A stretch of DNA of 64,000 nt from Chiloscyllium plagiosum (Eukaryota), in assembly GCF_004010195.1 (NCBI RefSeq), contig NC_057739.1:45514176-45578175 (forward strand), read 5' to 3'. Positions within the stretch are counted from its first letter, which is position 1. Each line of letters opens with the position of its first letter. Positions 1 to 11,497 of the stretch are shown here, piece by piece. Both the position numbers and the translations under genes were made by a program. The notes under the pieces are model-generated. The model saw only the letters and a list, made by a program, of their open reading frames with translations, searched no databases and had not been told where the DNA came from.

Positions 1-875
1 ACCCTGTGGCTTCTGCACCTTTTCAAAATCTGTTTCCCAATCTGTTTCTCCACATCTCTGCTGCTATTGGGGGGCCTATAGTAAACACCCAACAAGGTGA
101 CTGCACCTTTCTTATTTCTGACTTCAGCCCATACTACCTCCAAAGGCAGATCCCCCTCGAACTGCCTTTCTGCAGCCGTTATACCATTTCTAATTAGCAA
201 CGCCACCCCCCTCCTTTTTTACCACCCTCCCTAATCTTACTGAAACATCTGTAACCAGGAACCTCCAACAACCATTCGTGTCCCTCTTCTATCCACGTTT
301 CCGTGATGGCCACAGCATCGTAGTCCCAGGTACCGATCCACGCCTTACGTTCACCCACCTTATTTCTGATACTCCTTGCATTGAAGTATACACACTTGCA
401 CCCATCTCTGTGTCCGCAAGTATTCCCTGTCAGTGCTACCTTCTCCACCGCCTCCCTACAGTCTTGGGCATCCTGTCACACAGCTAGCTTACTTGCTGGA
501 CTACAAGTCCGGATCCCATCCCCCTGCCAAATTAGTTTAAACACCTCCGAAGAGTGCTAGCAAACCTACCCCCCAGGATATTGGTGCCCTTCTGGTTCAG
601 GTGCAACCCGTCCTGTTTGTACAGGTCCCACCTTCCCCAGAATGCAGTCCAATTGTCCAAATATCTGAAGCCCTCCCTCCTACACCAGCCTTGCAGCCAC
701 GTGTTCAACTGCACTCTCTCCCTATTCTTTGCCTCACTGTCACGTGGCACCGGCAACAACCCAGAGATGACGACTCTGTCTGTCCTAGCTTTTAGCTTCC
801 AGCCTAACTCCTTGAGCTCTTCAATGACCTCCCCACCCCTCTTCCTATCTATGTCGTTGGTACATACTGTAACCC
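1..875 (-). mobile_element. CR1-clade LINE (HER1-like), 5' part: ORF1 SGNH esterase and start of ORF2 AP endonuclease
   Basis: ORF 532..759(-) LNTWLQGWCRREGF...DGLHLNQKG is esterase-like; ORF 194..448(-) CVYFNARSIRNK...AVAITETW is the APE motif I; truncated by the window edge. Confidence 0.85.
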
Positions 876-1308
876 TCCTACTGCACTGTAATTAATCCCT
901 GAGGCTGAACAGTATACTCAGTAATCTCTTGGTTAATTAAAACTGAACTCCAGGTTTAGACAGTGTTTATCTGCTCCTGGGTTAATATTAACCAAACATC
1001 TCAAGCCAGAGATTAAGGTCAATCCTGCAGCACCAATAAAATGAGATCAATTATCCTGATTATTTACCTCAAAGGAACAGAGTGAGACTATTCAGCCTCA
1101 GTTACACCAGGATCCAAACCTTAATTCCATTCTCCTGGCTTGGCTCTATCTCACTTCATAACAGATAATCCTCTAATTGTCTTCATCCTACGGAGTCCAA
1201 GTCTATGTAAACCATCCTAATGATGTGGAGATGCCAGTGTTGGACTGGGGTGGACAAAGTTAAAAATCACACAACACCAGGTTATAGTCCAACAGGTTTA
1301 TTTGGAAG

Positions 1309-1343
1309 CACTAGCTTTCGGAGCGCTGCTCCTTCATCAGGTG
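1309..1343 (-). ncRNA. Minimal type-I hammerhead ribozyme motif in the Penelope terminal repeat
   Basis: Minus strand reads CAC CTGATGA A GGAGC AGC GCTCC GAA AGCT A GTG: intact core, 5-bp stem II, palindromic AGCT stem III, CAC/GTG stem I. Confidence 0.75.
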
Positions 1344-3142
1344 GTTGTGGAGGTTAAGACCATGTTCTTAGGATTTATTGCCAAAGGAGTCCAGTGTCAT
1401 GGAGTTGGGATACAGCAAACAATCTTAGATTAGACCAAAATGGACTCCACACTTTCGGCCAGCACTCAGGATACAGCAGTACACTTACGGGACACTCCCA
1501 AACAGGGAAGGTGACAAAACTACACCACGTACACGCACACCAAGAACAGGAAACAGGAGAAACTTGGCATCACCACCAGCAGTAGCCAAGCCCCCCGGCA
1601 CCATGGTTGAAAACATTATCACCACGGGGAAGTTGATCATCAACATATCAGACCACACCCTTCAACTGGAAGAGATCGAAGTTCTTAGCAAAGGGCTCAA
1701 TTTTTGCCCCATCACTAACGTGGACCCCATCAGTCTAGCAGCAGAGGAATTCATTAGACAGATAAGACTCTCAAGATGCCAGCAATGATCCCAATGACTC
1801 CACCAACGAACCAGAATAGTCATCACAAAGCATCCAAAGAGGAGCGACCAAAAAAGACGTCAACTTGGACCCCACCAGAGGGCCGCTGCCCTGGGCTTGC
1901 CATGTATGCTCAAACCATCAGGAAATATATAAATACCAGATTCCTCAGCCGCACCCACAATGTAGAGCAGAACATCACCCGATCACAGCACAACACCATC
2001 CAGGCTCTCAAACCCAATCACAATCCCATTGTCATCAAACCAGCAGATAAAGGAGGAGCCATTGTCATTCAGAATAGAACAGATTGCTGAAAGGAAGTGT
2101 ACCGACAACTGAACAACCAGGAACACTGCAAGCAACTACCAGCCGATCCAACCAAAGAACACACCTGTGAACTAAACACATTGATCAGGCCTTTGGATGC
2201 AATCCTTCAGAGTTCCCTACATGCCCTCATCCCACATACTTCTGGCGTAGGCAACTTCTACTGACTTCCAAAGATACACAAAGCCAACACAGCAGAATGT
2301 CCTGTTGTATCAGGCAATGGGACCCTGTGTGAGAACCTCTCTGGCAATGTCGAAGGCATCTTGAAACCCATTGTACAGTGGACCCCCAGCTTCTGTCGCG
2401 ACACTACAGATTTCTTAAGGAAACTCAGCACCAATGGAACAGTCGAACCAGGAAAATTCCTCATCACAATGGGTGTTTCAGCACTCTACACCAGCATCCC
2501 CCACAGCCTCAGTGCTCAGTACCAATAACTGCCAATCTCCAAGCTGCAACTCATCCATTTCATCCTTGACCACAATATTTTCACCTTTGACAACCAATTC
2601 TTCATCCAGACACAGAACAGCCATGGGGACCAAATTTACACCCCAATATGCCAACATTTTCATGCACAAGTTCGAACAAGACTTATTTTCTGTACAGGAC
2701 CTCCAACCAACACTTTCCACCAGATATATTGACGACATTTTCTTCCTCTGGACCCATGGTGAGGAGTCACTGAATATCAATGAGTTTCATCCCACCATCA
2801 GATTTACCGTGCACTACTCTCTACTATCTGTGTCTTTCTTAGACACAAGTATCTCCATCAAGGATGGACACCTCAGCACCTCACTGTACCACAAATCCAC
2901 AGATAATCGCATAATGTTACACTTCTCCAGCTTCCACCCAAAACATATTAAAACATCCCCCATGGACAAGCCTCCACATACACAGGTTCTGTTCAGATGA
3001 GGAATAATATGACGGACACTTGAAAGTGCTCAAGGATGCCCTCATAAGAACGGGGTACGATGCTCAACTCATCAACCGCCAGTTCCACAGCAAGAAACCA
3101 TAATGACCTCCTCAGGAGACAGACATAGGCTGCAACAGACAG

Positions 3143-3296
3143 AAGAAAGTGAGGACTGCAGATGTTGGAGATAGAGTCGAAAGTGTGGTGCTGGAAAAGC
3201 AAGAGAATCGACATTTTGGGCATAAGCCCTTCATCAGGAATCCTGTTCCTCGGATGCTGCCTGACCTGCTGTGCTTTTCCAGCACCACACTCAACT
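3143..3296. mobile_element. Short fold-back Penelope-derived element (family B) nested in the Penelope ORF
   Basis: Inverted arms gtgtggtgctggaaaagc / gcttttccagcaccacac; 13-bp direct repeat CTGCAACAGACAG at 3130-3142 and 3297-3309. Confidence 0.8.
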
Positions 3297-4714
3297 CTGC
3301 AACAGACAGGCTACCCCTCGTTGTCCAGTACTTCCCGACTATGCCATGTTCCTCGCAGCCTGCAACACATTATCCATGAGGATGAGTATCAAGCCAAGAC
3401 CTTCCCTGGGCCTCCACCTTTCGCCTTTAAATAACCACCAAACCTTAAACAGATCATGATCCGTAGCAAACTGCCCAGCCTACAGGACAGCAACACCGTA
3501 CAACCCTGCCCCAGCGGCTGTTACAAGATATGTCAGAGTATGGGGACACCTCCCACCACGTATACGGCGAGTACTCATGTGACTCGGCCAATGTTGTCTA
3601 TCTCATATGCTGCAGGCAAGGATGCCCTGAGGCATGGTACATTGGTGAGACCGAGCAGATGCTAGGACAGCGGGTGATTGGACACTGCACAACAACCACC
3701 GGGCAGGAATGTTCCTTCCCAGTCAGTGAAGACTTCAGCGGTTCGGGACATTTGGCCTCGGACCTTCAAGTGACCATCATCCAAGGTGGACTTCGAGACA
3801 AGCAACAACGCAGCGTGGCTGAGCAGAGGCTGATAGCCAAGTTCAGTACCCATGGGGATGGCCTCAGCCGGGACCTTGGGTTCATGTTACACTACAGGTG
3901 ACCCCACTGCACTACACACAGACAGACACACACACACAGACACACACTCCTACATACTCACACACCCGCGCAGACCCTCCCTCATACACAAGGTCTCATA
4001 TGCACACAATACACCTCCCACACTAACACCAACACATGCACCCTCTCGCACGTACCCCATAACACTCACACACACTTAACGAAGCATACACACACACAAT
4101 CACTTACATTCACACCCAAACACCCACACTCAAATGCACACTCACTCTGTTGCTCCTACATGCACACACATATAAGTTTATGGGGTGAATTTGTTTTTGC
4201 AGAATTACATTTTATTTTGTGAAGAAACTGCCTGAATCCATGTAAAACTCTAAAATCATGCAGAGGGTTTGTCAGTCTGACATAGCATTGGGACACAGAC
4301 AGATTCACACGTATTGTTTAAAAAGCTGAGCTAGCTTGAGAATGTAATTTAAAAGAGGTTCTGGGATTTACATATCAAAGACCAGAAACCAGCATATCCC
4401 ATTCTCAAAGATGAAAGTTTTAATCTAAGATTTTCTCCCTGACACTGGCCTCCTGTGGCTTTAAATTCTGTGAGCATGATCTTAACCTCCACAACCACTT
4501 GATGAAGGAAACTACTGCTTCCAAATAAACCTGATGGACTATAACCTGGTGTTGTGTGCTTCTTAACTGTCCTCGTAATTTAACCCTTTAAACCCTAGGA
4601 TCAGTCAGGTGACTGGGTGCTGCTGCCCCTCCAAGTCTGGCAGCTCCTCCCTGGGGGTGGGCTTGACTAACCCCCATACCCCCGCATGGCCTACAGCAGC
4701 TGATTGAATGTTGA

Positions 4715-5048
4715 CTGTATCATAGAATCCCTGCAGTGTAGGTAGAGGCCATTTGACCCATCGGGTCTGCACAGACCCTCCACAAAGCATCTTCCCCAGA
4801 GCTCAGCCCCAGCCTTGCACCTCATCCTTTTCAAGGCCACATTTCCCATTGCTAACCCACCATAGTCTGCACATCCCTGGACACCAACAGCCAATGGCCA
4901 ATCCACCCTAATGTGAACACCTTTGGACTGTGGGAGGAAACCCATGCAGACATGGGGAAAATGTGCAAACTCCACACAGACATTCACCTGAGGCTGGAAT
5001 CAAATCCGGGTCCCTGGCGCCATGAGGCAGCAGTGCTAACCACTGAGC
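4715..5048 (-). mobile_element. HE1-like tRNA-derived V-SINE
   Basis: Reverse complement of the same head, V-domain and CR1-like tail seen at 40681-40984. Confidence 0.85.
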
Positions 5049-5212
5049 TTGGGGGTATTTCTGCTCTGGCCCTCCTCACTCAATGTACTGGAAAATCCCA
5101 ACCCAGAGACTGGAATTATTGACAATCATGTTTCTCTCCTGCTGCTGGAATCTCTCTGGGTCCCTGCGAGAGAGTTGCTTTTATTGGTGTCCTTGATAAA
5201 TAGTACATTCTG

Positions 5213-5430
5213 CATGTGTGCACACTCACATGTGCACACTCTCACACATGCACACTCAAATGCATATGCACACTCATACATGTGCACTCACACACACACA
5301 TGTACACTGTCACACGTGCACACTCACACACATGCACACTCACACATTTACAGACACATACACATTCACATATGCACACTCACATACTCACACAAATTCA
5401 CATTTTCACACATCCTTTCTCTCACACACT
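5213..5430. repeat. Degenerate (CA)n microsatellite
   Basis: CA-rich low-complexity tract; produces spurious His/Thr ORFs. Confidence 0.9.
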
Positions 5431-6124
5431 AACAGCTGGTCTCCCACTGATCAGTGTCAGAGGCAGGAATTGAATTTTCCATAGTTCCTACCACCTGCCT
5501 CAGTAGCAGTGACCATCGATCCTGGGCCTGACTTTAAACAGAGTGTCTGCTCCATGACCTGACACTGAACAAAGCAGAGGAATTAGCTCATTAGGTTAAA
5601 TACCCAGCGAGTGAATGCTTTCTCACACAAACTAACCTGTAAGTTGCTGTCTCTGTCAACAGTGAATTTAATTGAATGAAAGTGAGGTGAACTCTGAATG
5701 ACCTCAGCCATACATTCCCAAATTCTTAGAGTGTCTACGTAGTCCCAGTTCTGGGACATTCCCAACACAGTGTTAGGGACTGGAGTCAAATCTCAGACCA
5801 AAGGTCATCCTGGGGGCTGTCAGCTCCTTGTTGACCCATCAATCAGCTCATTAACCTGCCTCAGCTTTTACTGGGGAGATCAAGCTGTAAGAACAACCAA
5901 CTCCTAGAGTAGGACCGAGTTGCCAACTTTCAAAGATCACTCTGGAGACTATAGAGGTTAATCTCCAGGACAATGGAAGCGACACATGGCAGGTATATTG
6001 AAGATGGGGCATTAAAATAACCTGTGAACTATCTCAGGAACATTTTTGTTGTGATAGTATTGGCCAAAACGAGAAGGCCCAGAGATGTTGAAACTGGAAT
6101 TAGCAACTCAATGGTGTCCTTATG

Positions 6125-6635
6125 ATTTGGATGATTTGGAGGAGCTGGCGTTGGACTGGCATGGACAAAGTTCAAAATCACACAGCACCAGGTTATAGTC
6201 CAACAGGTTTATTCGGAAGCACTAGCTTTTGAGGTGCTGCTCCTTCATCAGGTGGTTGTGGAGCAGGACCAGAAGACACAGAATTTATCACAAAAGCTTA
6301 GTATCACGGAGTTGTAATGATATGTTAAACAAACTTAGATTAAGTCTTGCATCTTTTAGGATGGGATACACTGGTTTAGACTCTTTAATATGTAAATTCG
6401 AGAACTCCTTTTAAGTTACATTTTCAAGGTGGCTTCAGTTTATCTAACAGTAGGTGTTATCTTAGCTCAGACAATGTATTAAAGCTGTAAACTTAAAGTC
6501 TGTCTCAATGTTGAGTCAGTTTTATTTCTAAAATGCTTCCAAGTAAACCTAAACCACCTGATGAAGGAGCAGCACTCTGAAAGCGAGTACTTCCAAATAC
6601 TTCCAAAACCTGCTGCTGTGTGATTTTTAACTTGA
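6125..6635. mobile_element. Non-autonomous fold-back Penelope family-A element
   Basis: Both ends match the terminal repeat of 1225-4570 in opposite orientations; degenerate hammerhead cores at about 6220-6255(-) and 6555-6590(+). Confidence 0.8.
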
Positions 6636-6699
6636 TCTGGATGAGGACAGGCAGACACAACAAAGTTGTTATTTACTGTAAAAGTGACTAAGCTCTGCA

Positions 6700-7175
6700 G
6701 TTTAGGAAGGAGAGGGTGTGGACAGAGATTCACTAAAACAGGTCCGGGGATGATGGACTGCAGGGATGTGGAGAGACTGCAGACTCTGGGATTGTCCTCC
6801 TCAGAGCAGAGAAGGTGGTGGAGATTATTAATCCAATTTGGAATCATAAATGGTTGTGCTCGAGTCAATGAGGAGAAACTGTTTCCAGGGTCAGGAGGGT
6901 CAATGATCAGATGGACAGAGATTGTAGGCAATCGGAAAAGGGCTAGAGATGTGGTGGGGAGTGGATTCAGAATTATATTTGATGCAGTGATTTGTGATGA
7001 GAGGGACATGCTGTTTGAGAGAGGAGTGGGAATAGATTCAACAGGAGTTTACAGGTTGAAGAAATGCCTGAAAAGGAAGAATGGGGTACAAGCAAGGGGC
7101 ACTAGGATTAATTGGGTTGCTTTTGTGGGAGTCAGCACACAGGCATGACCTTTATGTGGTCTGTATCATTCTCTG
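6700..7175 (+). mobile_element. Degenerate CR1 LINE 3' end
   Basis: ORF 6666..7148 contains RFTKTGPGM...ERLQTLGLSSSEQRR, the CR1 RT C-terminal signature. Confidence 0.7.
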
Positions 7176-7584
7176 TTCCTGTGGTGACTTATTGTGATAG
7201 CCTGCCCATTGAGCATTCCCACTGACTGGCATCACCAGCTTTACCAGATTGGAACTTCCAGTCTGCTCATGTGGACAGGGTCAGGGTGTAGAAAGGACCG
7301 TAGTCTTGGAGCTGGGCACAATCTTTCCCTGTCACCGATTCTTGGAAATCACATCCTGTGTGTGTCCAACTACTTGCTGCCAATCCTTTCAAGGCAGTGA
7401 TGTTCTCTACAAAGTATCACTCAGTCAGAAACAGATCCTGGTTTGGGAAGAGCTCCCCCTCAACTGATGCTATGAGAATGCGAGTCCAATAAAGATCAGA
7501 GAATTCATCTCAAATCAGAAAAGCTGCTGAACAGCCCCATACTCCCCTCACACTGGTTTACTGTCAGTGAGCTATATACTGCAT

Positions 7585-8145
7585 TGGGAAATCAGTCAGG
7601 GTTCCTGCTTCTGATCACTGTCCACTGATCCCTGGGTTAGAGAGAGAGAAAGAGAGAGAGGGCAAATCAGTCAGCGTTCCTGCTCCTGATCACTGTCCAC
7701 TGATCCCTGGGTTAGAGAGAGAGAGGGGAGGGGGGAACTCAGCCAGGGCTCCTGCTCCTGATCACTGTACACTGATCCCTGGGTTAGAGAGAGAGAGAGA
7801 GAGAGAGGGCAAATCAGTCAGCGTTCCTGCTCCTGATCACTGTCCACTGATCCCTGGGTTAGAGAGAGAGAAAGAGAGAGAGGGCAAATCAGTCAGCGTT
7901 CCTGCTCCTGATCACTGTCCACTGATCCCTGGGTTAGAGAGAGAGAAAGAGAGACCCTGGATGCTGCCTGACCTGCTGTGCTTTTCCAGCAATAAAGTTT
8001 CAACTTTGATCTCCAGCATCTGCAGACCTCACTTTCTCCCCGGGTTAGAGATCCCTTGGATTGAGAGAGAGAGTGAGAGAGAGAGGGAAAATCGGTCAGG
8101 GTTCCTACTCCTGATCACTGTCCACTGAGCCCTGGGTTAGAGACA
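7585..8145. repeat. Tandem repeat of about 60-70 bp with embedded (GA)n, interrupted by a Penelope-B fragment (about 7956-8040)
   Basis: Unit aaatcagtcagcgttcctgctcctgatcactgtccactgatccctgggttagaga..., about 6 copies. Confidence 0.9.
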
Positions 8146-9040
8146 AGAGAATTTCTATGAGTTTATTTACCGTTAGTGACCACTGACAGTTCCTGCTCTT
8201 AACTTTCGGATAAATGTTGCCCCTAAAGCTTTAATGACTCCAGAAAGTGAGTGTGAAAGTCTGTATTGAATAAAGCAGCTTTGTCAATGTTCCAAAGCAA
8301 TGCTCTCCATTTCTGTGGTCTGGAGGTACACGAGGCCAGACGAGCAAAAGACAATTCCTCCTCATTCTGGATAGAACTTGATAAGAATCCAGCTACAGTT
8401 TGAACTGGGGTCTGCTGATCATCAGACCTTTGAATGAAGTGTCCAGGACCACAATCATTAGACTGCTGCCTGCTCACTGCAGTGGTGTCTCACAGTCACA
8501 ACCCCGCAGCAGAACAGTATCTGAGAGAGGACTGGGGTCCATGATTGGGTTCCTGCTCCTGATTGCCAAGGGCTGGAGCAGGTGGGGGTGACTGTACACT
8601 GGGAATTGGGCATGCCTGATGACAGTGTAGCACTCAGGATCAAGATTGGGGAGACACTTAAGGTTCAAAATCTGACTTTCTTCAAGATATTCAGGCATCA
8701 CAAACTTATCACAAACCATGTCTGTACTTTGTATCTCTCGTGAACTTTAGTGATCTGCAGATACACTCCTACAGTAACTCCTTATCATGGACAAAGCCAT
8801 GTGTTTGACATGTCTGAAGGCAGGTTGTTTGTTGTGAACTGGCGCATCATAAAACACTGACTCAGGCTGTCCACAGGGCTCACTCACTGCTGCACACTCA
8901 TTACAGGGGGAGCCAAGTCCAGATTCCAATCTTGCCCCATGAATCCACGTGTGTCTCACTGTTAACCTTGAACCTGAACAGTATATACCAACTTAAAGAG
9001 AAATATTTAGAGACAATACAACAAGATGGGTGTGAGAGAA

Positions 9041-9313
9041 CAGTACCCCAGTGAGAGTCAGTGTGTGTGGGACTGTACCCCAGTGAGAGTCAGTGTGTGG
9101 GGGACTGTACCCCAGTGAGAGTCAGTATGTGTGGGAGCCGTACCCCAGTGAGAGTCAGTGTGTGTGGGACTATACCCCAGTGAGAATCAGTGTGTGGGGG
9201 ACTGTACCCCAGTGAGAGTCAGTGTGTGGGAGCCGTACCCCAGTGAGAGTCAGTGTGTGTGGGAGCCGTACCCCAGTGAGAGTCAGTGTGTGTGGGAGCT
9301 CTACCCCAGTGAG
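9041..9313 (+). repeat. 30-33 bp minisatellite (gtaccccagtgagagtcagtgtgtgtggga)
   Basis: About 9 direct copies. Confidence 0.95.
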
Positions 9314-10105
9314 ATTAGTGCACCCATTTGTTGATTATTGCGGGGAGGAACTCTGTGCTATTGCAGTGAAAAGGCCAGTTCTTAACCAGCAGGTGTTTGG
9401 CCAAATGGAGCATGATGGTGATGAGCTGTTGTGCAGTGTTCAAATCCTTTTGTTTTGTTTCCCGTCGCTGCTCTGTCGCATCATGAAGGTGTTTGAATCC
9501 GATGGTCGTGTCGTTGTCATTTTGACCAATTTGTAGCAAACTCCAGCAATCTGGAATGATTAATGAAAAGGTAAATGGAAAACAGATAGGAAATTGTACA
9601 TTTGTTGGTGAGGTCCCTGTTTATGACTGGTCTAAGCCCAGTCCAGGAGACAGAATGACAGGGGAAGCTAATACCTCTTCATTCCCACGATAATCACTTT
9701 CCGTCACCAAGGTTAAAGTGATTATTTCTTTTTGTTGATGATGAGGGATTGAAGAGAGAGACATTTCCCCCATGGCTTTGAGATGATCCCGGATATCCCT
9801 CTCACTGACACGACAGTTGGGATTCAGTCCAATTCCACTTCCCACCTGAACAAACAGTGAGCATTCACATGGAGCATCATGGCAGACAACACAACCTTCT
9901 TCACTTCCCCAGGCTTCACACTCGCACGCACACTCACAACACAACCTCATTCTCAAGCAGCGAGAAAGAGACTCAGTGGGAACAGGTTAGAGTAAACTAC
10001 ATTGGACACTGATGACAATTCATTTGTGCCCATGGGTCTCATCATTTGCTACTGCCATGTCACAACACAAAGTACAGACAACAATGAGGCAGAAACCTTC
10101 CTATT

Positions 10106-10581
10106 CACACACACTGACTCTCACTGGGATACAGCTCCCACACACACTGACTCTCACTGGGGTACAGTCCCACAGACACTGACTCTCACTGGGATACAGC
10201 TCCCACACACACTGATTCTCACTGAGGTACAGCTCCCACACACATTGACTCTCACTGGGGTACGGCTCCCCCACACACCGACTCTCACTGGGGTACGGCT
10301 CCCACACACTGATTCTCAGTACCTTCATTCTTGACTCTCACTGGGATACAGCTCCCACACACACTGACTGTCACCGGGGTACAGTCCCACAGACATTGAC
10401 TCTCACTGGGATACAGCTCCCACACACACTGACTCTCACTGGGGTACAGTCCCACAGACACTGACCCTCACTGAGGTACAGCTCCCACACACATTGACTC
10501 TCACTGGGGTATGGCTCCCCCACACACCGACTCTCACTGGGGTACGGCTCCCACACACTGATTCTCAGTACCTTCATTCTC
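10106..10581 (-). repeat. Same minisatellite in inverted orientation, with a higher-order duplication
   Basis: Units cacacactgactctcactggggtac; terminal block tgattctcagtaccttcattct occurs at about 10310 and 10559. Confidence 0.95.
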
Positions 10582-11182
10582 TCTGTTTCTCTCTCCCTCT
10601 CTTTCTCTCTCAGCCTACTCTGTGTAATCCCTCCAATTCCCTTGTGTGTGCCTGCCTCACTTTGATTTCAGATTATTTGAAGAATCCTGAGCTGCTTTTG
10701 CATAAAGTCTCAAACATGTTCTTAGTTTAAAATTAAAAATACAATACTACCCACTGATGATGTTCTCATTAAAAGCTCTGTGCAGAACCTTGGAACAAAG
10801 CAAAAATCACCCAATCAGATCACCTCAGCCGACAGTGATTTCACAGCTCAATAAGCTGAAGAATTTGTTCACAGGCTATTCAACCACAAGGTGCTTCACA
10901 TTCAAGCCTAATCGTGTTTGAAACAGCAGCCCACACATGCTGCCCACAGGAACAAACCCAGGCATGATCCCTTCCCTTGCCAGGGGGCTTGCAGGTTTAC
11001 TGTGAGAGCAGACTGAGTCTGTCAGGTTCACAGGGTGTGACAGCTACTCACTTACACTGAGTCAAGAGGGAGTATACCAGTTCCTGCACCCAATCACAAC
11101 ACGCTTCAATCCAACTCAGAAAATCCCAATCATACCAATACACTCCTGAGACACTCTGCCACCTTCATTTAAAACTCATTAG

Positions 11183-11497
11183 AGGGTGAGTGCTGAGGGA
11201 GTGCCGCACTGTCGGAGAGTCAGTGCTGAGGGAGTGCCGCACTGTCGGAGGGTCAGTACTGAGAGAGGGCCGCACTGTTGGAGGGTGAGTGCTGAGGGAG
11301 TGCCGCACTGTGGGAGGGTCAGTGCTGAGGGAGTGCCGCACTGTCGGCAGGTCAGCGCTGAGGGAGTGCCACACTGTCAGACGGTCAGTGCTGAGGGAGT
11401 GCTGCACTGTCGGACGGTCAGTGCTGAGGGAGCCGCATTGTCGGAGGGTCAGTGCTGAGGGAGTGCCGCACTGTCGGAAGGTCAGTGCTGAGGGAGA
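11183..11497 (+). repeat. 33-bp minisatellite (gtcagtgctgagggagtgccgcactgtcggagg)
   Basis: About 9 direct copies; same unit at 23081-23273. Confidence 0.95.

Larger units (their letters stand above)
1225..4570 (+). mobile_element. Penelope-like retroelement (RT + GIY-YIG endonuclease), frameshifted, with an inverted 5' terminal segment
   Basis: RT motifs VIKPADKGGAIV, TAMGTKFTPQYANIFM, RYIDDIF, SFLDT; GIY-YIG motif NVVYLICC..WYIGET; about 1255-1433 is the reverse complement of about 4420-4568; CA-rich tract at 3910-4175. Confidence 0.9.

Noticed and set aside
5049-5484. His/Thr-rich ORFs (also 3852-4079 and 39581-40018)
   Set aside because: (CA)n microsatellite translations
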